Source: Candidatus Latescibacterota bacterium | GTDB taxonomy: Bacteria; Latescibacterota; UBA2968; SICM01 | Direction of reading: 5' to 3' | Assembly: GCA_965217865.1 (NCBI GenBank) | Contig: CBDCJO010000002.1 | Span: 1,696,001-1,760,000, forward strand | Length of the DNA: 64,000 bases | Shown here: in pieces, positions 32,934 to 42,513 of the stretch | Position numbering within the stretch: the first letter of the stretch is position 1 | How the letters are laid out: each line of letters begins with the position of its first letter | Program-made: the position numbers and the translations under genes | The notes under the pieces: generated by a model | What the model saw: only the letters and a program-made list of their open reading frames with translations | What the model was told of the DNA's origin: nothing | Databases searched by the model: none

Positions 32934-35053
32934 AAAATGAAAATTGGAGCCGAACCTTGGTAAGATCCTTTTTTTCGATGATCGTGTTGATCGCGACGAT
33001 CATCACGGATATTCAAGCTGCAGAGGAATCGGAGGAGGGGAGCGAAATCCCCGTCTATACGGTCGAAGGTTTGGTGGTCACGGGGGAAAAAATTCCGGAG
33101 GCCAACACCATCGCAACAAAGGTTCCGACTCCGATTCGTCTGACGCCCGCGAGTGTGAGTGTGGTTAAGCGGTCCCTGTTCGAAAGGCAAGAGGCCGCGA
33201 TTCTTGGAGATGCCCTCAAAAACATTAGTGGCGTCAACGTCCAGACCGGATTCGGAGTGCATGACTTCTTTGTCATTCGCGGTTTTGATTCTCTGGACAA
33301 CGGGCTTGTGCTTACGGATGGGGCCGCGGAACCGGAAGCCACCTTTTATCACCTGTACAACGTCGACCGGGTTGAGGTTTTGAAAGGGCCGGCAGCCTTT
33401 TTGTATGGGGGGAATCCGCTTTCCGGAGCAGTCAATCTGACCCGGAAGCAACCCGTTTTCAAAAACTTTTCACGCATCGCGGGTTCCTTCGGCCGGTTCC
33501 AATCCTACCGGGGAAGCATGGATCTTGGAATGGCGAACCCGAAGGCCGGAACGGCTTTTCGTCTGAACGCCTTTTTTCAGGATTCAGATCATTACCGGGA
33601 TGAGAAGAAGAACTCCAGCGTCGGAATCAATCCGGGTTTTACGTGGCGGATCGGACACCATAGTTCCCTCGGTTTCAATTTTGAGTTTGCAAGAAATGAA
33701 TTCCGATCCGACTCCGGGTTGCCTCTCATTGACAATAAAATACCCGATGTTCCCAGGACCCGTTCTTACCAAACCCCGTTTGATATATCCAACCAGAAGA
33801 TATACCGGTTCCGGATCGATTTCAGATCGCGGATCCACGAATCCCTTTCCATTCGCAACAAGCTCTATTGCACCGATTTCGACTGGGTGTCCCGGGGTAC
33901 GCTTTTTAACGGATCCATCCCAAAGGGAGGGGGGTCGGTTGATCTCATTCGTTCGCTGTTGATTTTGGACGACCATCAGAAGCTCACCGGGAATCAGCTC
34001 GAAGTCCTCTTATCGTTCCAATCGGGCACCTTCGAGCATCGGCTCCTGACCGGTTTCGAGTTCAACCGATGGGCCGACCGATTCACCCTGGATGTCGCCG
34101 CTCTTCCGACCATCGACTTGCTCGATCCGGTGGAGACAGCCCGCAAACCATTTGCAATCATCCCGAGTCAATCGTCTTCGGCGGATGCGCGCAGCATGGT
34201 TTTCGCCCCCTATATTGTCGAGCAGGTCGTATTTCCGGGTCGAAATCGGCTGTTTCTGGGAGGGCGCCTCGATGGGATCGATTACAAAGACCCGGTCACA
34301 GACACCCATCGAACATATCGCAAGCTCAGCCCGATGCTTGGATTTGTCAGCGAACCGATCAAAAACCTCTCGCTTTATGCCAATGGCGGCCGTGCCTTTG
34401 CGCCCCCTTCCAGCCGGGTCGTGGGCGACCGTGAGGCCGAAGAGAGCACACAGTTCGAGGTCGGTCTCAAAAACGGACTCCTGGACGAGAGGCTGAACGC
34501 CACGCTGGCTTTCTATCGTTTGAAGAAGGACAATATCGCGATTGCGGACGAGAGCGGCATTTTAAGCCAAACCGGCGACCAGCGATCCAGCGGAATGGAG
34601 CTTGAAATTGCGGCACGCCCGGGGCCGAACTGGCATGCCTTTTTGACGTATGCTTACATCGACGCGGAGTTGACCCGTTTTAAACAGAGTGTGGTTGTTC
34701 CCACCCCCGGCGGAATGGTTTTTCAGGTCTTGGACCGTTCGGGGAATAGACCCGCTTTCTCCCCCAGACACCTTCTAAATATTTGGACGGATGTGGAATT
34801 CGGGAATGACGTGGGAATCGGTGGGGGGATGCGTTACGTGGGCCCTCAGTTCGTCTCCGAGGAAAACCTTTCAAAAGTTAACGGTGTTGTGACGTTCGAT
34901 GCCATGTTCACGTATAACCCCGTACATTGGGGATGGCGTTTGAGTTTTAAAAATCTTACGAACCAGAAGTACGAGACAAGGGGATTCGGATCGTTTTCAG
35001 TCATTCCGGCGACCCCTTTTGCAGTTTACGGGTCGATCGCCTTGAGGTTGTGA
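32930..35053 (+). CDS. TonB-dependent receptor
   Basis: Signal peptide, VVTG TonB-box-like segment, plug motifs IRGF and VDRVEVLKGPAAFLYG, NLTN near the C-terminus. Confidence 0.92.
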   Translation: MKNENWSRTLVRSFFSMIVLIATIITDIQAAEESEEGSEIPVYTVEGLVVTGEKIPEANTIATKVPTPIRLTPASVSVVKRSLFERQEAAILGDALKNISGVNVQTGFGVHDFFVIRGFDSLDNGLVLTDGAAEPEATFYHLYNVDRVEVLKGPAAFLYGGNPLSGAVNLTRKQPVFKNFSRIAGSFGRFQSYRGSMDLGMANPKAGTAFRLNAFFQDSDHYRDEKKNSSVGINPGFTWRIGHHSSLGFNFEFARNEFRSDSGLPLIDNKIPDVPRTRSYQTPFDISNQKIYRFRIDFRSRIHESLSIRNKLYCTDFDWVSRGTLFNGSIPKGGGSVDLIRSLLILDDHQKLTGNQLEVLLSFQSGTFEHRLLTGFEFNRWADRFTLDVAALPTIDLLDPVETARKPFAIIPSQSSSADARSMVFAPYIVEQVVFPGRNRLFLGGRLDGIDYKDPVTDTHRTYRKLSPMLGFVSEPIKNLSLYANGGRAFAPPSSRVVGDREAEESTQFEVGLKNGLLDERLNATLAFYRLKKDNIAIADESGILSQTGDQRSSGMELEIAARPGPNWHAFLTYAYIDAELTRFKQSVVVPTPGGMVFQVLDRSGNRPAFSPRHLLNIWTDVEFGNDVGIGGGMRYVGPQFVSEENLSKVNGVVTFDAMFTYNPVHWGWRLSFKNLTNQKYETRGFGSFSVIPATPFAVYGSIALRL

Positions 35054-35646
35054 ATTTGAATCACCAAGACCTTGCCGCCAATAATCTGAACAGTCTCTTC
35101 GTCGCCCAATCGAGAAAACCGGCTCAACTCAGGGAGATCCAGCTGGATAGGCTTTCCCCGTTTCAAAGGGCCCTGTTAGTCGTTGATAGCGTAACCCAGT
35201 TCATCGAAGCGTATGCGATGGAGCCGGTCGAGATCCTCCTGGTTACACAGAGGACCTTTCAGCTTCCCACGGATCATGAATTGCTCGAGGCAGCGGGGGG
35301 GACGGATGTTGTTTCTCGAACTGTTCTGTTAAGAGGAAAAGCCAGCTCAACGCCATTCGCTTACGCGGAGTCGCTCCTCGTTCAGGACCGGCTTCCGGAT
35401 CCCATCAGAAAGGGTCTTGAAACCGAAGGGAAAGGTCTCGGCCTCCTGCTGCGCCGCAACCGGATTGAGACCCATCGGGAAATGCTATGGTACGGTATGG
35501 AAAAGGGGAGGGAACTGCCAGCTCCGATCCGCCACCTGGAGGGCGAACCGATCATCGATCGCACGTACCGGATCATTGCAGGGGGACGGCCCATGATGCA
35601 GATCAGCGAAAAATTCCCTGCGGTCGAAATTCAAACTCAATTATAA
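35050..35646 (+). CDS. Chorismate pyruvate-lyase family (UbiC/DUF98-like)
   Basis: LSPFQRALL..D.VT..IEA, YAESL, GLGLLL, RTYRI..ISEKF. Confidence 0.75.
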   Translation: MNLNHQDLAANNLNSLFVAQSRKPAQLREIQLDRLSPFQRALLVVDSVTQFIEAYAMEPVEILLVTQRTFQLPTDHELLEAAGGTDVVSRTVLLRGKASSTPFAYAESLLVQDRLPDPIRKGLETEGKGLGLLLRRNRIETHREMLWYGMEKGRELPAPIRHLEGEPIIDRTYRIIAGGRPMMQISEKFPAVEIQTQL

Positions 35647-36944
35647 TGGGAACAAATATATCCGACCCTTTCTCCGAGACGCTTGATCCTGACCGATTGG
35701 TTCAACACCAGCTCGATCGGTTCCAGGTGATGCTCCCGGAAATTTTGAAATCCAATGGGTTCTATCGAAAAAAACTCAGAGCCGCGGGGGTCAATAACCC
35801 GGGGGAGATTCAGGGGTTTGACGATTTTCGCGGTTTGCCTTTCACGACTAAGGACGAGCTTTCGTCCGATCAACGGGATCATCCGCCTTACGGAACGAAT
35901 CTCACCTTTCCCGTGGATCGTTATATCCGCATCCATCAAACTTCGGGTACGAGGGGCGATCCTTTGCGATGGTTGGACACCGAGGAGAGTTGGGGATGGT
36001 GGGGGCGTTGCTGGGAAGCTGTCTACCACGCTGCGGGGGTGCGCTCGGAGGACCGGATTTTTTTCGCTTTTTCATTCGGCCCTTTCATCGGATTCTGGAG
36101 CGGTTACGAAGGGGCCCGTACTCTCGGTATGATGTCTATTGCGGGAGGAGGAATGTCCTCCGAGCAGCGATTGAAGGCCATCTTTGAAAACGAAGCGTCC
36201 GTTCTGATTTCTACGCCGACATATGCCTTACACCTGGCGGAGGTCGCTAGAAGAGAGGGTCGAAATCCCCGGGATTCTAAGATTCGGATCACGATTCAAG
36301 CCGGGGAAGCGGGCGCCAGCCTTCCGGCGACCAGAAAGCGGATCGAAAAGGCCTGGGGTGCCCGATGCTACGACCATGCAGGGGCCACTGAGGTGGGTGC
36401 CTGGGGATTCGGGTGCAAGATCCAGTCCGGGCTCCACCTGAATGAAGGGGAATTCATCGGCGAGGTGATCGACCCATCGACAGGGGACCCGGTGAATGAT
36501 GGAGAACTCGTCATCACAAACCTGGGGCGGGTCGGATCCCCCGTTATCCGTTTTCGGACAGGCGACAGAGTGCAATTGGAAGACTCTTCCTGCCCCTGCG
36601 GGCGGACCTTCAGGCGTTTTGCCCGAGGGGTCACCGGACGGATCGACGATGCGCTGACCGTGCGAGGGAATACGATTTTCCCAAGCGCTCTGGAGGATAT
36701 CGTTCGTGGATACCCTGACGTCGAAGAGTTTTCAGTGAACATCTATCGGAGAAAAGAACTGGATGAAATGGATATCCGGATCGAGCTCCACGACGATCGG
36801 TCCGGAACCATCGTCTCTGATGTTGCCAGATCAATTAGGAATGCATTTGGATTTCGTGCCCGCGTGATACCCGTCCCACAAGGCACATTGCCGCGATTCG
36901 AACACAAGGCAAATCGTTTCAAAGACGACCGCAAGCCAGGTTGA
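35646..36944 (+). CDS. Phenylacetate-CoA ligase family (aryl-CoA ligase)
   Basis: LPFTTKDEL, HQTSGTRG, AGE, GATEVG, RFRTGD, GRIDD. Confidence 0.88.
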   Translation: MGTNISDPFSETLDPDRLVQHQLDRFQVMLPEILKSNGFYRKKLRAAGVNNPGEIQGFDDFRGLPFTTKDELSSDQRDHPPYGTNLTFPVDRYIRIHQTSGTRGDPLRWLDTEESWGWWGRCWEAVYHAAGVRSEDRIFFAFSFGPFIGFWSGYEGARTLGMMSIAGGGMSSEQRLKAIFENEASVLISTPTYALHLAEVARREGRNPRDSKIRITIQAGEAGASLPATRKRIEKAWGARCYDHAGATEVGAWGFGCKIQSGLHLNEGEFIGEVIDPSTGDPVNDGELVITNLGRVGSPVIRFRTGDRVQLEDSSCPCGRTFRRFARGVTGRIDDALTVRGNTIFPSALEDIVRGYPDVEEFSVNIYRRKELDEMDIRIELHDDRSGTIVSDVARSIRNAFGFRARVIPVPQGTLPRFEHKANRFKDDRKPG

Positions 36945-36976
36945 AGGTTGCGGGATCCTGGAAAGACCGGATAAAG

Positions 36977-38245
36977 ATGCCTATGGGAACTGCCAATCGT
37001 GATTCCTACGATGTCATCGTCATCGGAGGAGGACCGGCCGGAAGCACTACCGCAGCCCTGGTCGCGGAGAAGGGGCATTCGGTTCTCCTTCTGGAGCGAG
37101 ATCCCCTTCCCCGTTTCAAAATCGGCGAGTCCCTGATGCCTGCCACTTATTGGACATTCAAACGGCTGGGTGTCCTGGACGGGTTGAAGGCGAGTCTCTA
37201 TCCAAAAAAATACAGTGTCCAATTTTTTTCGGGATCCGGGATGGGTTCTGCGCCTTTCTATTTTTTTGAGGATGATCCCCACGAGTGCTCCGTTACGTGG
37301 CAGGTTCTACGGAGCGAGTTCGATGAGATGTTGCTCGAAAACGCACGGGAAAAGGGTGCTGAGATCCGCCGTGGGGTAAGCGCTCGCGATGTTTTGTTTC
37401 ACGGAGAACAGGCGGTTGGGGTCCGGGCCATAATCCCGGAAGGGAAAGAGGTGAATTTCGCAGCAAGCGTTGTTGTGGATGCGAGCGGTCAAGGCGCTCT
37501 GGTCTCTCGAAAATTGAAGAGCAAAACCGCTGACCCAAACCTGAAAAAGGCTTCCGTATTCACCCATTTCAAAGGGAGCCACCGAGACAAGGGGATCGAT
37601 GAGGGCGCGACATTGATTCTCCATACCGAGAATAAAGATTCGTGGTTCTGGTATATTCCCCTGTCCGAGAACCGGGCAAGCGTGGGCGTTGTGGGGGAGC
37701 TTGACTACCTGCTTCGGGATCGGCAGGATTCGCCTCAAATGATTTTCGAGGATGAACTCGAGAGATGTCAGGCCCTCAAGCGACGGTTGGCCGGCGCAGA
37801 GCAGGTATTTCCGGCCAAAGTCACGCAGGATTTCTCCTATCGTTCCAGCCGCATCGCGGGACATGGCTGGGTCCTGGTTGGGGATGCATTCGGCTTTTTG
37901 GATCCCATCTATTCCTCCGGGGTTTTTTTGGCGCTCAAGTCCGGAGAACTCGCCGCAGACGCCATAAATCTCGCACTTGAGGATGACTGCTTCACGGAAG
38001 ATCGGTTGGGAGGGTTCGCACCGGAACTTATCGGCGGAATGGAGAATATCCGAAGGTTGATCTATGCGTTTTACACGAAGGACTTCAGTTTTTCAGAGTT
38101 TCTTATGGAATTTCCGGAGTGCAGGCAAGGGATCGTCGACATCCTCAGCGGTAATATTTTTAAAGAGGGGATCGGGGAAATCTTTCCGAAAATGGATAAG
38201 ATGTGCAGTGACAGTAGCAGTGGCAGTAGCAGGGAAAACCAGTAA
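36977..38245 (+). CDS. FAD-dependent halogenase-family protein
   Basis: GGGPAG, IGESL, PKKY lysine, WFWYIP (WxWxIP), GDAFGFLDPIYSSG. Confidence 0.8.
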   Translation: MPMGTANRDSYDVIVIGGGPAGSTTAALVAEKGHSVLLLERDPLPRFKIGESLMPATYWTFKRLGVLDGLKASLYPKKYSVQFFSGSGMGSAPFYFFEDDPHECSVTWQVLRSEFDEMLLENAREKGAEIRRGVSARDVLFHGEQAVGVRAIIPEGKEVNFAASVVVDASGQGALVSRKLKSKTADPNLKKASVFTHFKGSHRDKGIDEGATLILHTENKDSWFWYIPLSENRASVGVVGELDYLLRDRQDSPQMIFEDELERCQALKRRLAGAEQVFPAKVTQDFSYRSSRIAGHGWVLVGDAFGFLDPIYSSGVFLALKSGELAADAINLALEDDCFTEDRLGGFAPELIGGMENIRRLIYAFYTKDFSFSEFLMEFPECRQGIVDILSGNIFKEGIGEIFPKMDKMCSDSSSGSSRENQ

Positions 38246-38284
38246 GCAGTTAGCAATAGCAACGGCAGGACAAAGGAGATAAGG

Positions 38285-38703
38285 ATGTCGGGGAGTTTTA
38301 AAGATTTAAAAGTTTACCAAATGGCATATGAGTTGGCTATGGAAATTTTTGAACTTACCAAAAGCTTTCCGAAAGATGAAGCTTACTCCTTAACTAATCA
38401 GATTAGACGTTCTTCTCGTTCAGTATGTTCAAATATTGCAGAAGGGTATAGAAAACGCCGCTATCAAAAAATTTTGCTTTAAAAATGTCCGACGCAGATT
38501 CCGAATCCAGTGAAACCCTGGTCTGGTTAGATTTTTCAAAAGACTACGGGTACATTAATGATGATGTATATCAGTCGCTGTTAGTTAAGTACGAAGAGGT
38601 GGGAAGAATGTTAGGGGGAATGGCCGACCATCCTGGTCGCTTTACGCCCAAAGATGATTTTCCTGCTTCTGCCACTGCTACTTATTTCGAAGAGAATGAG
38701 TAA
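38285..38703 (+). pseudogene. Four-helix-bundle protein (23S rRNA IVS protein / TIGR02436-like), frameshifted
   Basis: FKDLKVYQ..FPKDEAYSLTNQIRRSSRSVCSNIAEG..RRY, then MSDADSESSET..WLDFS..GY in another frame. One extra A in the A6 run at 38466-38471 restores the frame. Confidence 0.85.
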
Positions 38704-38712
38704 AAACGGTGT

Positions 38713-38958
38713 ATGAAATCCCGAAAGGACGAGATGAAAAAAAATATTCCGAGAGGACTGCTCTATCTGGCGTTTTTCGTGCTCTATCTGCTTCACAACG
38801 ATCTCTGGTTTTGGCATGATCCAAGCCTGGTGTTGGGGATACCGATCGGGTTGATCTATCACATCGGGTTCTGCGTGGCGGCCTCGATATTGATGATTCT
38901 GCTGGTCAACTTTGCGTGGCCCCGGAATCTGCATGCCAACGGGGAAAGGGGAAAATGA
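38713..38958 (+). CDS. DUF3311-like small membrane partner of the SSS transporter
   Basis: LHNDLWFW..P..LGIPIGL.YH; two TM helices; stop overlaps the SSS ATG. Confidence 0.75.
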   Translation: MKSRKDEMKKNIPRGLLYLAFFVLYLLHNDLWFWHDPSLVLGIPIGLIYHIGFCVAASILMILLVNFAWPRNLHANGERGK

Positions 38959-40412
38959 CACTTTCGATAATTATCGCATATCTGGTTCTGGTGCTTCTCA
39001 TCGGCGCCCTGAGCCATCGATTTTTTCGGGGTACGGGTGAGGATTATTTCGTGGCCAGCCGGACGATCGGCCCCTTTCTCCTGTTGATGTCGTTATTCGG
39101 GACCAACATGACGGCATTTGCGATTCTTGGTGCTTCAGGAGAGGCTTATCACGAAGGAATCGGAGTATTCGGACTTATGGCTTCCGCTTCCGCGTTGATT
39201 ATTCCGAGTGTCTTTTTTTTCGTCGGTACCCGGTTATGGTCTCTGGGTAAACGCCATGGATACATCACGCAGGTTCAATATTTCCGGGAACGTTGGGATT
39301 CGGACGGCCTCGGTCTGTTTCTGTTCATCGTTTTGATTGCGCTGGTTGTTCCTTATTTGTTGATCGGTGTGATGGGAGGGGGGATAACGCTTCATCAAAT
39401 CACCGATGGACAGGTGCCGGAGTGGATCGGTGGTCTCCTGGTTTGTGCTGTGGTTTTGACTTATGTCTGCTATGGCGGTATTCGGGGAACGGCCTGGGCA
39501 AATGCCTTCCAAACCCTTGTGTTTATGATCCTGGGGGGGGTGACGTTCTTTGTAATTGTCCATCAAATGGGGGGCCTTTCCCAGGTCGTGTCAGCCGTCG
39601 CAGAACGACATCCCGAATTGCTGATCCGAGGAGATCAGATCACGCCCGTCAAGTTGCTCACCTATACATGCATCCCCCTGTCTGTGGGGATGTTCCCGCA
39701 TATGTTTATGCATTGTCTGACCGCGAGGAGCGCAGAGACATTTCGGTATCCCCTGATGTTCTACCCGATTTGTATTGCGATCGTGTGGATCCCCAGCGTG
39801 CTCCTCGGCATCTTCGGGAACCTGGACTTTCCGGGCCTAAAAGGCCCTGTGGCTAATTCGATTCTGGTGAAGATGATCGATCTTCATGCACCGGGCCTCC
39901 TTGCAGGGCTTTTGGCCGCGGGTGTATTCGCCGCAATCATGTCTTCACTCGATTCACAGGCCTTATCCATTGGAAGTATGTTCACACACGATATCGTCCG
40001 CCACTACGGATTCCGCGATCAGATGAGGGAAGGGCAACAGGTCCTGGTCGGCCGTCTTTTCGTTGTTCTTGTTCTGGCTGTGACCTATTTCCTCTCGCTG
40101 GTCTCCGCGAGAAGTATCTTCAAGCTTGCCATATGGTCATTTACGGGATTTGCAGCCCTATTTCCGGTAGTCGTCGCTGCCCTCTTCTGGAGGCGAAGTA
40201 CTAAATATGGGGCTGTGGCTTCTATAGCGAGCGTCGTCCTCTTATGGACATACTTTTTCATTCAGGGGTGGCAGACCCCCGGCTACACGGTGGGTGGGAC
40301 CGGCGTGATGCCGGTAGCCGTGATTCTGGCCGTATCCAGTGCGGCTATGATTATCGTTTCCATGGCGACCCAGCCCCCGGAGGAATCAATCGTAAGAAAA
40401 TATTTTCCATGA
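38955..40412 (+). CDS. Sodium:solute symporter family protein
   Basis: DYFVASR, GG.RG.AW, AAIMSSLDS; about 13 TM helices. Confidence 0.92.
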   Translation: MTLSIIIAYLVLVLLIGALSHRFFRGTGEDYFVASRTIGPFLLLMSLFGTNMTAFAILGASGEAYHEGIGVFGLMASASALIIPSVFFFVGTRLWSLGKRHGYITQVQYFRERWDSDGLGLFLFIVLIALVVPYLLIGVMGGGITLHQITDGQVPEWIGGLLVCAVVLTYVCYGGIRGTAWANAFQTLVFMILGGVTFFVIVHQMGGLSQVVSAVAERHPELLIRGDQITPVKLLTYTCIPLSVGMFPHMFMHCLTARSAETFRYPLMFYPICIAIVWIPSVLLGIFGNLDFPGLKGPVANSILVKMIDLHAPGLLAGLLAAGVFAAIMSSLDSQALSIGSMFTHDIVRHYGFRDQMREGQQVLVGRLFVVLVLAVTYFLSLVSARSIFKLAIWSFTGFAALFPVVVAALFWRRSTKYGAVASIASVVLLWTYFFIQGWQTPGYTVGGTGVMPVAVILAVSSAAMIIVSMATQPPEESIVRKYFP

Positions 40413-41716
40413 GGATCGCTTTCGTCAGCGCCGGTGCCGGAGGGATGTACTGCGGGAGCTGCATCCACGATAATACCCTCGCTGCGGCTTTGCAGAGGAA
40501 GGGTTGTGATGTCGCCCTTATCCCAACTTATACGCCCCTTCGCACCGATGAAGCCAATGTCAGCATCGATCGGATTTTTTACGGGGGAATGCACGTCTAT
40601 CTCCAGCAGAAGCTTGCCCTCTTCCGACATACCCCCTGGATTCTTGACCGCTTGATGGATCCCCTGGTAAAGGGGTTATCCCGCCTGAACAGCTCTACGG
40701 ACCCCAAAAAACTGGGGGCGCTCACGGTCTCGGTGCTTCAGGGTGAAGAAGGAAGGCAACATAAGGAACTCGAAAAGCTGATCAGCTGGCTGAAGTCATC
40801 TTTCAGGCCGGATATCGTCCACCTCACCAATTCGTTATTCTCGGGGCTTACCAGGAGGATTAAGGAGGAGCTCGGGGTTCCTGTATTGTGCGCGGTTCAG
40901 GGGGAAGATCTATTTCTCGATGGGTTGGCAGAGCCGCACCGGTCTCAGGCGCTAAATCTTGTGCGAGAAAGGGCGATCGATGTCGATGGTTTTATCGCGC
41001 CATGCCGGTTCTATGCGGAATTCATCAAGACATATCTGAAAATCCCCGAGGGAAAGGTTCACGAGGCCAGACTCGGTTTAAACCTTCAGGGCCACGGGAC
41101 AGGCCGTGGACCCGAACCCTCTCCTTTTTCGATCGGATATTTAGCCCGAATATGTCCTGAAAAGGGTCTCCATCTCCTGGTCGAAGCGTTTTATCTTTTG
41201 ACAGAGCGGATCGGGCGGGACAATATTCGCCTGAAAGTTGCAGGCTACCTCGGAGAAAAGGACCGGGCTTACTTCGATGAGTTGAGAAGGCAAATCGATT
41301 TACGGGGATTGGCCGAGTGTTTCGAATATGCTGGGGAGATCGATCGGATTCAGAAGATCGAATTTCTAAACCGGCTGCACGTGCTATCGGTGCCGACCCT
41401 GTTTCAGGATCCGAAGGGACTTTTCATCCTGGAGGCGCTTGCGAATGGCATTCCGGTCGTGCAGCCCCGTCACGGCGCCTTCCCCGAGCTGGTCGAAGCG
41501 ACCGGAGGTGGGATCCTCGTGGAACCAGGGTCACCGGATGCTATTGCAGAGGGGATTCTTCAGCTCCTGGAAGACCCGGAGTACCGGTCCCGACTGGGTC
41601 AAGCAGGGAAGGAGGCCGTGGAGAGGAAGTTCAACGATGCGGTGATGGCGGATGAGACAATAGAGATATATCGAAAATACACGGTTCCATGTCCCAAGGT
41701 TCAGGTTCCGTGTTAA
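40409..41716 (+). CDS. Glycosyltransferase family 4
   Basis: ARICPEKG and ILEALANGIPVV; N-terminal GAGGMYCGSC. Confidence 0.88.
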   Translation: MRIAFVSAGAGGMYCGSCIHDNTLAAALQRKGCDVALIPTYTPLRTDEANVSIDRIFYGGMHVYLQQKLALFRHTPWILDRLMDPLVKGLSRLNSSTDPKKLGALTVSVLQGEEGRQHKELEKLISWLKSSFRPDIVHLTNSLFSGLTRRIKEELGVPVLCAVQGEDLFLDGLAEPHRSQALNLVRERAIDVDGFIAPCRFYAEFIKTYLKIPEGKVHEARLGLNLQGHGTGRGPEPSPFSIGYLARICPEKGLHLLVEAFYLLTERIGRDNIRLKVAGYLGEKDRAYFDELRRQIDLRGLAECFEYAGEIDRIQKIEFLNRLHVLSVPTLFQDPKGLFILEALANGIPVVQPRHGAFPELVEATGGGILVEPGSPDAIAEGILQLLEDPEYRSRLGQAGKEAVERKFNDAVMADETIEIYRKYTVPCPKVQVPC

Positions 41717-41885
41717 ATCAAAAGTTCAAAACCCAGATTCTGAGTTCCAAAAACCAAGAGGGAATGGGAGATCGCTTGGACCACGAAACTGGGTGGGGAT
41801 GAGGTATGGAGGGGAGGCCGAAAATTTTTGGATAACGGGAAGAAGAGAAGACGTGAATTTTGAAATATAAGGAAAGGGGGATCTC

Positions 41886-42356
41886 GTGCCCTGGCTGATC
41901 TTCGCGATGATGACCGTTTGCTCTTGGGGGCTTTACGGTGTCTTTTTGCATACCGGTCAGATTTCCATGGCTGATCCGATCAACGGACGTTACAAGGCAT
42001 TCTTGTTTGTCGGGATCGCTTATCTCATGACCGCGGTGCTGGGATCACTGATCGTACTGCTCGTGAATGGTGCTTCGTGGGATTTTCCTGCGAAGGGCAT
42101 GACCTGGTCGATTCTCGCGGGGGTCGTGGGTGCGCTGGGTGCATTCGGCGTTCTGCTGGCCTTCGGAGCAAAGGGGACTCCCAGCGTGGTCATGGCGATC
42201 GTTTTCGCAGGCGCACCGATTGTCAATGCGATCGTTGCGATGTCCCTTCATCCCCCAGAAGGGGGATTTTCAAGTCTGAGCTGGCCGTTCCTCCTGGGTA
42301 TCCTCATGGCGGCTATGGGGGGGTGCTTAGTATCCCTGTACAGGCCGGGGACATGA
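41886..42356 (+). CDS. Small 5-TM membrane protein (EamA/DMT half-like)
   Basis: SWGLYG, GVVGALG, VFAGAPIVN; hydrophobic throughout. Confidence 0.7.
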   Translation: MPWLIFAMMTVCSWGLYGVFLHTGQISMADPINGRYKAFLFVGIAYLMTAVLGSLIVLLVNGASWDFPAKGMTWSILAGVVGALGAFGVLLAFGAKGTPSVVMAIVFAGAPIVNAIVAMSLHPPEGGFSSLSWPFLLGILMAAMGGCLVSLYRPGT

Positions 42357-42505
42357 GTCGGGGGTCAGGGGTCGGAGGTCAGAGGTCAGAGGTCAGGGAT
42401 CAGGGTCGGGGGAAAGTGAAGATTGAATATTGAAAAGATCCACAGGACCACAAGAAAGTCCTGAGTGGTTCAAATGTTCAATTTTCCGATATTCAATATT
42501 CATTG
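42356..42505 (+). repeat. Composite repeat cassette with inverted arms
   Basis: GTCAGAG units, then ATTGAA arm, core CCACAAGAAAGTCCT, and TTCAAT arm before ATG 42514. Confidence 0.85.
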
Positions 42506-42513
42506 AGTTTAAG

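Noticed and set aside
38455-38490. Programmed -1 ribosomal frameshift in the four-helix gene
   Set aside because: Zero-frame codons CAA AAA ATT TTG do not form an in-phase X XXY YYZ heptamer; a one-base loss in the A run is simpler.
38285-38703. Diversity-generating retroelement (Avd-like gene)
   Set aside because: No reverse transcriptase and no template/variable repeat pair differing at adenines were seen.
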